From an uncultured Bacteroidota bacterium (lineage in GTDB: Bacteria > Bacteroidota > Ignavibacteria > Ignavibacteriales > Ignavibacteriaceae): DNA of 64,000 bases. The DNA is taken from NCBI GenBank assembly GCA_963798775.1, contig CAWCUK010000004.1:471451-535450 (forward strand). Reading direction: 5' to 3'. The notes under the pieces were generated by a model that worked only from the letters and a program-made list of their open reading frames with translations, had not been told where the DNA came from and ran no database searches. Positions 48,117 to 57,909 of the stretch are shown piece after piece; the stretch's first letter is position 1, and each line of letters opens with the position of its first letter. Made by a program: the position numbers and the translations under genes.

Positions 48117-50054
48117 ATGACTCATTTAATTTATCTTACTGTTCTGTTTCCGTTGCTTGGGTTTATCATCAACGGTTTATTCGGAAGTAAAATCAAAAAC
48201 GAAAAAATTATCGGTACCATCGGCGCCGGTGCTATCGGTTTATCTTTTCTTGTTGCTGTCGGCGCTTTTATACAAACTCTCGGTATGCCCGCCGAAGACA
48301 GGCAAACTATTGTTAACTTATTTACATGGCTTAATGTAGGCGGCCTTCATGTAAATGTCGCTTACCAGGTAGATCAATTATCTTTAGTTATGGCTCTGAT
48401 TGTTACCGGAGTCGGTTTTGTAATCCATGTTTATTCTATCGGTTATATGCATGGAGATAAAAGTTTTTGGAGATTTTTCGCTTATCTCAATTTGTTCATC
48501 TTCGCGATGATGAATTTAATATTAGGCGATAATTTTGTTCTTCTCTTCTTAGGATGGGAAGGCGTGGGACTTTGTTCTTATCTTCTTATCGGGTTTTGGT
48601 ATGATAGAAAATTTGAAAAAGGAACTACCGGAGACGCCGCTAAAAAAGCTTTTATAGTAAACAGAATAGGCGATTTCGGTTTTCTTCTTGGAATGTTTCT
48701 GATTTACATGACTTTCGGCAGCTTAAATTTTAATGAAGTATTTTCCCGTGCCGCAAGTTTTAATGTGGATGTTTCAGTTTTTAATTTTATTGCTATTTTC
48801 TTGTTTATCGGCGCTACCGGTAAATCAGCCCAAATACCGCTTTTCGTTTGGCTCCCGGATGCTATGGCCGGCCCTACTCCTGTTTCAGCGCTTATTCATG
48901 CCGCTACAATGGTTACCGCCGGCGTTTATATGATCGCAAGATGTTCAATTTTATTTGCCTCAGCTCCCGCAATTTTAACTGTTATTGCCACTATAGGCGC
49001 TATAACGGCTTTATTTGCCGCCACAATTGGTGTTGTGCAGAATGATATCAAAAAAGTACTGGCATATTCTACGGTCAGTCAGCTCGGATATATGTTCCTA
49101 GCTTTGGGCGTTGGAGCTTTCACCGCGGGAATTTTTCACGTAATGACTCACGCTTTCTTTAAAGCTTTGTTATTCCTCGGTGCCGGTTCCGTAATTCATG
49201 GAATGCATGAAGATCAGGATATCCAGAATTACGGCGGCTTAAAAAAATATATGCCGGTTACTAATATTACCTTTTTAATTGCCGCACTGGCTATTTCCGG
49301 TTTTCCTTTGTTATCCGGTTTCTTCAGTAAAGATGAAATTCTCTGGGTAAGTTATACTAACGGCGGAATTTTATTTTGGGGAATAGGAGCTTTTACGGCT
49401 CTCTTAACGGCTTTTTATATGTTTAGATTATATTCTTTGACCTTTGAAGGAAAGGAAAGATTCGGACATGATAAGCACCCGCATGAATCGCCGAAAATAA
49501 TGACTATTCCGCTGATGGTTCTTGCTTTCTTGGCTGTAGTCGGCGGATTTATTGGTGTACCGGAAATTTTCTCCGGTGAAGGCGGACAAATTTTTGAGCA
49601 TTGGCTTGAACCAATATTTAAGAACGCGAACGCTAAAATGGCAGTTTACGGCTCTCATTCGCATATTGAGGAAATTCTCTTCATGGCAATTTCAACCGTA
49701 GGCGCGCTGGCCGCTATTTGGTTCGCCCGTTATGTTTATTTAAAGAAACCTCAAATTGCCGCTAATACTTCTAGAAAATTTAAAGGAATATACACTTTAC
49801 TTCTAAATAAATATTATGTAGATGAAGTTTATGATGCGGCTGTTGTTAATCCCATTAAAAAAGGTTCCGAAGTAATTCTTTGGAAAGTTACCGATAGTAA
49901 AATTATTGACGGTGTTGTAAACGGCGCTGCGGGATTAGTTGGCGTTATTTCAAAAAATATAAGAAAAATTCAAACCGGCGTCGCTCAATCGTACGCGATA
50001 TTTATGATGCTGGGTATCGTAATAGCTATATTCTGGATTATTCTAAGTTTATAA
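48117..50054 (+). CDS. nuoL: NADH-quinone oxidoreductase subunit L
   Basis: 645 aa. Has GWEGVGLCSYLLIGFWY and SALIHAATMVTAGVY, plus a long C-terminal amphipathic extension typical of NuoL. Confidence 0.9.
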   Translation: MTHLIYLTVLFPLLGFIINGLFGSKIKNEKIIGTIGAGAIGLSFLVAVGAFIQTLGMPAEDRQTIVNLFTWLNVGGLHVNVAYQVDQLSLVMALIVTGVGFVIHVYSIGYMHGDKSFWRFFAYLNLFIFAMMNLILGDNFVLLFLGWEGVGLCSYLLIGFWYDRKFEKGTTGDAAKKAFIVNRIGDFGFLLGMFLIYMTFGSLNFNEVFSRAASFNVDVSVFNFIAIFLFIGATGKSAQIPLFVWLPDAMAGPTPVSALIHAATMVTAGVYMIARCSILFASAPAILTVIATIGAITALFAATIGVVQNDIKKVLAYSTVSQLGYMFLALGVGAFTAGIFHVMTHAFFKALLFLGAGSVIHGMHEDQDIQNYGGLKKYMPVTNITFLIAALAISGFPLLSGFFSKDEILWVSYTNGGILFWGIGAFTALLTAFYMFRLYSLTFEGKERFGHDKHPHESPKIMTIPLMVLAFLAVVGGFIGVPEIFSGEGGQIFEHWLEPIFKNANAKMAVYGSHSHIEEILFMAISTVGALAAIWFARYVYLKKPQIAANTSRKFKGIYTLLLNKYYVDEVYDAAVVNPIKKGSEVILWKVTDSKIIDGVVNGAAGLVGVISKNIRKIQTGVAQSYAIFMMLGIVIAIFWIILSL

Positions 50055-50057
50055 AAT

Positions 50058-51581
50058 ATGGAAAATAATTATTTGTTATCATACTTATTGTTAACACCGA
50101 TTTTAGGTGGAATTTTACTTTTGTTTATAAACAAAAACAAAGAAAACGCCGTCCGCTATGTCGGATTAATAATTTCTTTAATTGCTTTTGTAATTTCTTT
50201 AATTATTTATTTTGGTTTTGATAGTAATAAGGGTGATTTTCAATTTGTACAAAAGTTTTTGTGGATAGGTAACCTCAATATAAGTTATCATGTAGGCATT
50301 GACGGTATGTCTATGCTTCTGCTTTTGTTGACTACTTTCTTAACTCCGCTCACTTTAATTTCTAGCTGGAACGGCATAAACAAAAAAGTGAAGGAATTTA
50401 CCTTTTTTATGTTAATGCTGGAAGCAGGAATGCTTGGTGTATTTATTTCCTTAGATCTTTTCTTATTCTACATTTTTTGGGAAGCGATGCTTATTCCGAT
50501 GTATTTTATTATCGGAATTTGGGGCGGGGACAGAAGGATCTACGCTTCAGTAAAATTCTTTATTTATACAATGTTCGGAAGTTTATTAATGCTCGTCGCT
50601 ATCATATGGCTCGCGGTTTACGCTTCCGGCCCGTTAGGTTATTTTACTACCGATTTAATTCAGCTTTATAGTGTGGGCCCTACCGTCGCGAGAAATATTC
50701 AAAATTATATGTTCCTTGCTTTCGCTTTAAGTTTTGCTATTAAAGTGCCTTTATTCCCTCTGCACACCTGGCTTCCGGATGCTCACGTTCAAGCCCCCAC
50801 CGCGGGTAGTGTTATTCTGGCAGGTGTTCTACTTAAAATGGGAACTTACGGACTTCTTCGTTTTTGTCTCCCTTTGTTTCCGCAAGCCGCAATTCATTAT
50901 GCGCCTGCAATTTCAATTCTTGCGGTTATCGGTATTATTTACGGCGCGCTTGTAGCCATGGTGCAAAAAGATATGAAAAAGCTTGTCGCGTATTCTTCGG
51001 TAGCGCATTTGGGTTTTGTTGTTCTCGGTATTTTCGCGCTTACTCAAGAATCTATACAGGGCGCGGTTATTCAAATGGTAAATCATGGGCTTTCAACCGG
51101 CGCTTTATTCCTTTTAGTCGGTGTTATTTATGAAAGAACTCATACCAGAGAAATTTCAGAGTATGGAGGAATTGCTAAAATTGTTCCCGTTTATGCAGCG
51201 TTTTTAATGTTCGCTTCATTATCTTCTGTAGGATTGCCCGGATTAAACGGTTTTATCGGAGAGTTTTTAATCCTTTTAGGGGCATTTAAATCGACTGTTT
51301 TAGGAAGCTGGTGGTTTACTGTATTTGCCGCAAGCGGAGTTATTTTTGCCGCTGTTTACCTTTTATGGATGTATCAAAGGGTTGTGTTTGGTGAGGTGAA
51401 AAATCCTAAAATGAATAATCTTACCGATATGACTAAAAGAGAAATTTTAGTGCTTATTCCTATTTTTATATTCATTCTTTGGATTGGTGTTTATCCGAGT
51501 ACATTCTTAAAAGTTTCAGAGAAAACAACAAGTAAAATTATTGAACAAGTGGTTTCACCTCAGAAGGTAACACTTAAATAG
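50058..51581 (+). CDS. nuoM: NADH-quinone oxidoreductase subunit M
   Basis: 507 aa. Has FYIFWEAMLIPMYFIIGIWGG and LHTWLPDAHVQAPTAGSVILAGVLLKMG. Confidence 0.9.
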   Translation: MENNYLLSYLLLTPILGGILLLFINKNKENAVRYVGLIISLIAFVISLIIYFGFDSNKGDFQFVQKFLWIGNLNISYHVGIDGMSMLLLLLTTFLTPLTLISSWNGINKKVKEFTFFMLMLEAGMLGVFISLDLFLFYIFWEAMLIPMYFIIGIWGGDRRIYASVKFFIYTMFGSLLMLVAIIWLAVYASGPLGYFTTDLIQLYSVGPTVARNIQNYMFLAFALSFAIKVPLFPLHTWLPDAHVQAPTAGSVILAGVLLKMGTYGLLRFCLPLFPQAAIHYAPAISILAVIGIIYGALVAMVQKDMKKLVAYSSVAHLGFVVLGIFALTQESIQGAVIQMVNHGLSTGALFLLVGVIYERTHTREISEYGGIAKIVPVYAAFLMFASLSSVGLPGLNGFIGEFLILLGAFKSTVLGSWWFTVFAASGVIFAAVYLLWMYQRVVFGEVKNPKMNNLTDMTKREILVLIPIFIFILWIGVYPSTFLKVSEKTTSKIIEQVVSPQKVTLK

Positions 51582-51587
51582 GGGATA

Positions 51588-53018
51588 GTGATTAGCAAAA
51601 TAAAGATTTATTTACCGTTTTTATTTGTTTCTTTTGTTCTTCTAAATAATGAACTAAAAGCGGCTGCTCAGCATGCTGCGGTTGATACATTAAATAATGT
51701 TCACTCGCCGGAAGTCATTCATCAGCTTCCTTCGGCTTTTATGGTTATTCCTTTTGCGCTTCTTCTGCTGATGATTGCTACAGGCCCGTTGTTTTACAAG
51801 CATTTTTGGGAACATCATTATCCTAAAGTCGCTATGTTTCTCGGTGCCGTAACTATTGTTTATTACATTTTTGTATTAAATGACCATCTTAGCATTTTAC
51901 ATACGCTTGCTGAGTATTTTTCATTTATAGCGCTTTTAAGTTCTTTGTTTGTTGCTTCGGGCGGTATTCTTATAAAAGTAAATAAGAAATCAACCCCGAT
52001 GTTTAATGTTCTTTTTTTATTGTTCGGCGCCGTTATTTCTAATGTTATAGGAACAACCGGCGCTTCTATGCTGCTTATTAGGCCGTATATAAAAATGAAT
52101 AGAAATAGGATTTCTCCTTACCACATAATCTTCTTCATTTTTGTTGTTAGTAACATCGGTGGTGCGCTTACTCCTATAGGAGATCCGCCTTTATTTTTGG
52201 GCTTTTTAAGAGGAGTTCCTTTTTTCTGGGTTATTGCTAATGTTTGGTATATCTGGATTCCGGCTTTATTCTTAATTCTTCTTGTTTTTTATTTTGTGGA
52301 CTCACGTAATAAAGGCGGGGAAGAGGGCGAAATCGAATATTCCGGTAAAATAGAATTTAAAGGTTTAAAGAATTTAGTTTATCTGGCAATAATAATTGTA
52401 TCTGTTTTTATTGATCCGGCTGTTATCCCGGGTATTCCGAGTTTAGCACCTTTCCCTATCGGAATTAGAGAAATAATAATGTTTGCCGTTGTTTATTTCT
52501 CGTATAAAGGTGCGGATCAAGAAGTATTAAAAGCAAACGAATTTGATTTTGAGCCGATTAAAGAAGTAGCTTTTTTATTCATTGGAATTTTTGCCACAAT
52601 GATTCCCGCGCTCCAATTAATTGCTCATGAAGCAAAAATAATGGGAGATCAGCTGAATGCGGGTGTATTTTACTGGTCAACCGGTGTTTTATCCGGATTT
52701 TTAGATAATGCTCCTACTTATTTAAATTTCTTAAGCGCGGCAATGGGCAAATATGCTTTGGATGTAAATGTGCAGGCCCATGTTAAAGAATTTGTTGTAC
52801 ATGATGATATTTATTTGCAAGCCATTTCTGTTGCGGCTGTATTTTTCGGCGCGTTAACTTATATAGGAAACGGTCCTAATTTTATGGTGAAATCAATCAG
52901 TGAAAGAGCCGGTATAACAATGCCAAGCTTTTTTACTTATATCATTAAATATTCTTTAATTATTTTAATTCCTATCTTTACTATCATTTGGCTCTTGTTT
53001 TTTTACGGTAAAGGATAA
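51588..53018 (+). CDS. NhaD/ArsB-type (ion transporter superfamily) Na+/H+ antiporter-like permease embedded in the nuo operon
   Basis: GTG start 6 nt after nuoM. 476 aa, about 11-12 TM. Motifs VIGTTGASMLLIRP and NIGGALTPIGDPPLFLGFLRGVPFFW are typical of proteins annotated sodium:proton antiporter (NhaD-like). The specific substrate cannot be read from sequence. Confidence 0.65.
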   Translation: MISKIKIYLPFLFVSFVLLNNELKAAAQHAAVDTLNNVHSPEVIHQLPSAFMVIPFALLLLMIATGPLFYKHFWEHHYPKVAMFLGAVTIVYYIFVLNDHLSILHTLAEYFSFIALLSSLFVASGGILIKVNKKSTPMFNVLFLLFGAVISNVIGTTGASMLLIRPYIKMNRNRISPYHIIFFIFVVSNIGGALTPIGDPPLFLGFLRGVPFFWVIANVWYIWIPALFLILLVFYFVDSRNKGGEEGEIEYSGKIEFKGLKNLVYLAIIIVSVFIDPAVIPGIPSLAPFPIGIREIIMFAVVYFSYKGADQEVLKANEFDFEPIKEVAFLFIGIFATMIPALQLIAHEAKIMGDQLNAGVFYWSTGVLSGFLDNAPTYLNFLSAAMGKYALDVNVQAHVKEFVVHDDIYLQAISVAAVFFGALTYIGNGPNFMVKSISERAGITMPSFFTYIIKYSLIILIPIFTIIWLLFFYGKG

Positions 53019-53021
53019 GAA

Positions 53022-53387
53022 ATGAAAACACTGGATGAAGTTTTAAATAATAATTTAACAGGACTTTATTACGGGAATAGGGTTCTGCTTCCGTTCGCCG
53101 GTTATATATTAAAAGTTATTGTTGATGATAAAATTGTAATGGATTTTTCGCCGTCATCGGATGAGATATTTATAAAAGAAACCGGGCAATATACCGAAAT
53201 TTATTTTAAGCAGTACAGCAATCTTAAAGAAGCTATACATAAGTATGAAACAATAAAATTAATTGTTGTCGAAAAAGATAAAGACGTATTTAATTTTAAA
53301 GATCACCGAAAACTTGATTTGCGTTTAGGTGAAAAACATAAACTAATTATTGAAACAACTGACGAAGACATTTTATTTATAGAATAA
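53022..53387 (+). CDS. Hypothetical soluble acidic protein (121 aa) between the antiporter-like gene and nuoN
   Basis: Only 3-nt gaps to both neighbours (53018/53022 and 53387/53391). No TM segment and no motif I recognise. Confidence 0.6.
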   Translation: MKTLDEVLNNNLTGLYYGNRVLLPFAGYILKVIVDDKIVMDFSPSSDEIFIKETGQYTEIYFKQYSNLKEAIHKYETIKLIVVEKDKDVFNFKDHRKLDLRLGEKHKLIIETTDEDILFIE

Positions 53388-53390
53388 ATT

Positions 53391-54818
53391 ATGCTGAATA
53401 ACATACAAGAATTTTACAATATGCTCCCGCTTATTATTTTAGGCGCGGGAATTTTGGTATCACTTTTAGTCGAGATGTATTCATCTAAAGGTGAAAAAAT
53501 TATACCATGGGTTACAATTATCGTTTTAATTTCCGCCGCTTTTTATTCTTTGCTTACTGTTGGCGATGTTTCAATTGTAATGCAGAATATGCTGGCGACC
53601 GGCGGTAATGTTAATGTTTTCTACTTTATTTTTACTTTCGGTGCCGCTATTGTTTCTCTTCTTTCAATAGATTATCTAAAAAAATATGGCGCGTATTTCG
53701 GTGAATTTTATATCCTTCTTCAAACCTCAGTTTTAGGTATGATGTTTATGGCCGGCGCGAAAGATTTATTCATGATATTTCTCGGCCTAGAAGTAATGTC
53801 GATCAGTTTCTATGCCTTAGCCGGTCTTAATAGAAAAAAAATAAACGCAAATGAAGCTTCTCTTAAATACTTTTTATTAGGCGCGTTTGCCACCGGTTTT
53901 ACGGTTTACGGAATCGCGCTTATCTACGGCAGCGCTCATACAACTTCAATTGATATTTTAACGGCGGAATTCTCCTCTTTATCCCATAATTTACTTTTTG
54001 TAATCGGCGCGCTTCTTTTCTTAATTGGTTTTTCTTTTAAAATCGCCGCTTTCCCGTTCCATATGTGGGTCCCCGATGTTTATCAAGGTTCCGCTACAAC
54101 AGTTACCGGGTTATTTTCTACCGGCGGTAAAGCCGCAGCGTTTAGCGCTATTATTGTAACTTTAAGCGCTGTTTTCAGCGGTTCTGTTAATAATATTTTT
54201 GAGCCTTACCTTGCTGTTATAGCTGTCCTATCTATGCTTTACGGAAGTATTGTGGCTATCGCTCAAGATGATATAAAAAGAATGTTGGCTTATTCTTCAA
54301 TATCTCATGCCGGCTATATTTTGATTGGTTTGGCCGCCGGAAATCATGCGGGAATTGCGGGAATTATCTTTTATTTAACCGCTTATTCTTTCATGAACCT
54401 TGGCGCGTTTGGCATTATAGCTCTAATTGAGGGGAAAGATGAAACTAATCTCTCCATAAATTCTTATGCGGGTTTAGGTACAAGAAAGCCCCTATTGGCG
54501 GCTCTTCTTTCTATCTTCATGTTTTCATTAGCCGGAATTCCGCCTTTTGCCGGATTTTTTGGCAAATATTATGTCTTTATTGCGGCTATTAAAGCCGATT
54601 TAACCTGGTTAGCCATTGTTGGAGTTTTTTCAAGTGTTATAAGCGTTTACTTCTATTTAAGAATCGTTGTTCTTATGTATTTCAAAGAATCTGAATCTGA
54701 GTTAATTTTAAGTAAAAGTAATACCGGCTTATTAGCAGTAATTATTTCAGTATTACTCGTAATCGCTCTCGGAATCGCGCCCGGTTCTCTTATAAATTTG
54801 ATTTCTTCTTTCTTATAG
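53391..54818 (+). CDS. nuoN: NADH-quinone oxidoreductase subunit N
   Basis: 475 aa, 14-TM pattern, with FPFHMWVPDVYQGS and MLAYSSISHAGY. Confidence 0.9.
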   Translation: MLNNIQEFYNMLPLIILGAGILVSLLVEMYSSKGEKIIPWVTIIVLISAAFYSLLTVGDVSIVMQNMLATGGNVNVFYFIFTFGAAIVSLLSIDYLKKYGAYFGEFYILLQTSVLGMMFMAGAKDLFMIFLGLEVMSISFYALAGLNRKKINANEASLKYFLLGAFATGFTVYGIALIYGSAHTTSIDILTAEFSSLSHNLLFVIGALLFLIGFSFKIAAFPFHMWVPDVYQGSATTVTGLFSTGGKAAAFSAIIVTLSAVFSGSVNNIFEPYLAVIAVLSMLYGSIVAIAQDDIKRMLAYSSISHAGYILIGLAAGNHAGIAGIIFYLTAYSFMNLGAFGIIALIEGKDETNLSINSYAGLGTRKPLLAALLSIFMFSLAGIPPFAGFFGKYYVFIAAIKADLTWLAIVGVFSSVISVYFYLRIVVLMYFKESESELILSKSNTGLLAVIISVLLVIALGIAPGSLINLISSFL

Positions 54819-54919
54819 AAATTAAATATTAAACAGATTTTGTGGCTGGTGACAAAATTTTAATTTATTATAATGAATAAATTTATACTAAATAGTTTTT
54901 TCATTATAACAATTCGATT

Positions 54920-56485
54920 ATGATCCCTTTATATACAACCTCGCAAGTTAGAGAAGTAGATGATTTCGCCATCAATAAATTGAAGATGCCCGGAATTATT
55001 TTAATGGAAAATGCTTCTCTTCAAATTTATCATAAAATTATAGAAGAACTTGAATTACTTCCCGGAGAAGTAAAAATTGGTATTGTTTGCGGGAAAGGAA
55101 ATAACGGCGGCGATGGATTTGCTGTCGCTCGGCATTTTCTAATAAATAATTTTGAAGTTGCAGTTGTCCATATTGGTAACCCGGATGAGATGTCAGATGA
55201 TTGCAAAATCAATTATAATATTCTAATTAATTTGTCCTCTGCCAATAAAAAACTTGTGCTTAAAAAATATTCCGCTCCAAAAGATCTTAAAGTTTTTCAA
55301 GATTCATTTGTCGTTATAGATGCCCTCTTAGGAAGCGGAATGGAAGGGGATTTACGCGATCCTTATTTAACTATTGTAAATAGGCTGAATGAATTGAACG
55401 CATTTAAAGTTGCGGTTGATATTCCTACGGGTTTAAACGCTGATAAAGGTTCTGCCGACAATGCTTTTATTTCCGATTTAACTATTACATTGGGTGAATT
55501 AAAAAAAGGTTTGTTTTTCGGTGACGGTAAAAAATTTGCCGGTAAAACAGTAAAGGGAAGTATTGGAATTGATGTTTCTTTTTTTGATAAGTTTTATCCG
55601 CAGGAATATTTAATTGAACCCGAAGATGTTTTCTTGTCTTTGCCGGCTAAAGATAATAACGCTAATAAATATTCCGCCGGGAAAGTATTCACTATCGCGG
55701 GATCAGGGGAATTACCCGGTGCCGCTTCTATGACTGCGGCATCCGCTTTTAAAGTAGGAGCCGGATCATCAATTTTAGCTTTTCCCGAATCTGTAAAAAA
55801 TCTTGCTCATCTTCTTTCTACCGAAGTTATTGTTAAATCTTACAAAGATGATGGAGCGGAATTCTTATCGGCCAGAAATGTTGATGAATTGAACCCAAGG
55901 CTGGAATGGGCGGATGTATTAGCAATCGGTCCTGGTTTAGGAAGAAATAATGAAACAATAGATGCCGTAGTTAGTATTATTTCTCAAAGAAAATCAAAAA
56001 ATATAGTTATAGATGCCGACGCGATATACGCTTTAAGCCAAAGAAATTATAAAAGCATTAATCTTAATGGTGTAATAATTACCCCGCATCACGGGGAATT
56101 TTCTAATTTACTTGGTATTGAAACGTCTCAACTAAAAAAAGATTTACTTAAATACGGGAAAGAGTTCGTATCCCAAACCGGTTCATATTTAGTATTAAAA
56201 GGCGCTCCTACTTTAATATTTACTCCGGAAGAGGAAGTGTTAATAAATACCACAGGTAATCCGGGAATGGCAAAATTTGGAACAGGCGATGTTTTAACCG
56301 GTATAATAGCAGGTATATTGTCACAACAGAAAGATATTGAAAAAGCTTTAATTTCCGCGGTATATTTACATAGCCTGGCCGCGGATTTATTACTGAAAGA
56401 AAAAACAGAATATGGTTATACGGCAACTGATATAATGAATAATTTACCTTCGGCAATAAAATTTTTAAGGAGTTCATTTGTTTAA
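54920..56485 (+). CDS. nnr: Bifunctional NAD(P)H-hydrate repair enzyme (epimerase + ADP-dependent dehydratase)
   Basis: YjeF-N motif CGKGNNGGDGFAVARH. C-terminal carbohydrate-kinase-like domain with GTGDVLTGIIAG. Confidence 0.85.
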   Translation: MIPLYTTSQVREVDDFAINKLKMPGIILMENASLQIYHKIIEELELLPGEVKIGIVCGKGNNGGDGFAVARHFLINNFEVAVVHIGNPDEMSDDCKINYNILINLSSANKKLVLKKYSAPKDLKVFQDSFVVIDALLGSGMEGDLRDPYLTIVNRLNELNAFKVAVDIPTGLNADKGSADNAFISDLTITLGELKKGLFFGDGKKFAGKTVKGSIGIDVSFFDKFYPQEYLIEPEDVFLSLPAKDNNANKYSAGKVFTIAGSGELPGAASMTAASAFKVGAGSSILAFPESVKNLAHLLSTEVIVKSYKDDGAEFLSARNVDELNPRLEWADVLAIGPGLGRNNETIDAVVSIISQRKSKNIVIDADAIYALSQRNYKSINLNGVIITPHHGEFSNLLGIETSQLKKDLLKYGKEFVSQTGSYLVLKGAPTLIFTPEEEVLINTTGNPGMAKFGTGDVLTGIIAGILSQQKDIEKALISAVYLHSLAADLLLKEKTEYGYTATDIMNNLPSAIKFLRSSFV

Positions 56486-56882
56486 GTTTTTAAAAGAAAA
56501 CAGGATTAAATTCGTATATTTTCCGCTGGTTATTTATTGGCTGCTTTTAATAGTAGCAACCTCTTTGCCCGGCAAAAGTATGCCCAAAGTAGGGGTAAGC
56601 GATAAAGTTGAACATCTTACCGCTTATTTTGGATTAACATTTCTGTTAAGCCTTTTTGCCATGTTTCAAGAAAAGTTAAAGTTTTTAAAGGAAAAACCCG
56701 CTTTTTTTACTATATTAATAGTTGCTTCTTATGCCGCTATAGATGAATTACACCAGTTATTCATTCCGGGCAGAAGCTGTGATATACTTGATTGGTCCGC
56801 TGATATGATCGGAGCTGTTTCCGCGTTTTTACTTATAAAGATTTTAATGAAATGGTTTGATTACAAACCCATAAGTACTTAA
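56478..56882 (+). CDS. VanZ-family membrane protein
   Basis: TTG start overlapping the nnr stop by 8 nt. 4 TM. Has DKVEHLTAYFGL and DELHQLFIPGRSCDILDWSADMIGA. Confidence 0.7.
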   Translation: MFKFLKENRIKFVYFPLVIYWLLLIVATSLPGKSMPKVGVSDKVEHLTAYFGLTFLLSLFAMFQEKLKFLKEKPAFFTILIVASYAAIDELHQLFIPGRSCDILDWSADMIGAVSAFLLIKILMKWFDYKPIST

Positions 56883-57010
56883 AAAAAATGTATGATTCGG
56901 GAACTGTTTTAACAAAATAAAGTAAAAGTAATTAAGGTTTATATTTGACTAAAAAATTAACATTTATTAACTTGGCAGACATTAAATTTTGCTGTTATAG
57001 GAGGAGTTAA

Positions 57011-57667
57011 ATGGCAACAATTAAAAATCCTGAAGCTGATTTGAGAGCGAAATACAAGAAGGTTTTTGAGGTAAGTTTAATTATCTCTTTAGCTATCTTA
57101 ATTGTTGCTTTCAAATTTTTTCCGGATATATCAACTGAAGCAATGCAGACCGAAGGTCCGCAGGAATTATTTAAAGTTGAAGATGTACAACAAACACGAC
57201 AGGAAAATAGGCCTCCTCCGCCGCCGAAACCTCCTATTCCAATTGAAGCACCTTCGGAAGATGTATTAGAAGATATTGATATTGGAAGTACTGAACTTGA
57301 TGTAAATGCTCAAGTAGAAGCTCCTCCACCTCCGCCGAAAGCTGAGAAAAAAGTTGAAGAAGAACCTACTTATTTTGTCGCGGTTGAAGATATGCCGGAA
57401 CCAATCGGCGGAATAGCTGCAATTCAAAGTAAAATAGTTTATCCTGAAATTGCTAAACGTGCCGGTGTTGAAGGAAAAGTTTATGTTAAAGCTTTTGTTG
57501 ATGAGCAGGGTAATGTTACAAAGGTAGAAGTAGTTAAAGGTTTAGGTGCGGGCTTAGATGAGGCCGCCATGAAAGCTGTACAACAAACCAAATTTAAACC
57601 CGGTAAACAAAGAGGTAAACCGGTAAAAGTTCAGGTTATGATTCCTATAGTTTTCAAACTTCAATAA
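57011..57667 (+). CDS. tonB: Energy transducer TonB
   Basis: Strong RBS (AGGAGG). N-terminal TM anchor, Pro-rich spacer (RPPPPPKPPIP...PPPPPK) and a C-terminal TonB domain (YPEIAKRAGVEGKVYVKAFVDEQGNV...KFKPGKQRGKPV). Confidence 0.8.
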   Translation: MATIKNPEADLRAKYKKVFEVSLIISLAILIVAFKFFPDISTEAMQTEGPQELFKVEDVQQTRQENRPPPPPKPPIPIEAPSEDVLEDIDIGSTELDVNAQVEAPPPPPKAEKKVEEEPTYFVAVEDMPEPIGGIAAIQSKIVYPEIAKRAGVEGKVYVKAFVDEQGNVTKVEVVKGLGAGLDEAAMKAVQQTKFKPGKQRGKPVKVQVMIPIVFKLQ

Positions 57668-57674
57668 AGTTCTT

Positions 57675-57705
57675 AAGGCGCCTTTTACGGCGCCTTTTTT
57701 ATTTT
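57675..57705 (+). terminator. Rho-independent terminator after tonB
   Basis: AAGGCGCC-TTTTAC-GGCGCCTT followed by TTTTTATTTT, starting 8 nt after the stop. Confidence 0.8.
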
Positions 57706-57909
57706 AAACTTACCACGTTTATAATCAAATCTTTAGCTCCTTAATATTTATTTACATTTTGAATAATTCTTGAAGTGTACGTTTTATTTAACTAATTTTG
57801 AGCAAGAATTTATACATTATATAGTTCTTCAAAAGTATGTCTAATACATTATAAAGATGAATTACTCTTTCATGATATATAATGGAAATGGCAAAAGAAA
57901 TGGTTATTG

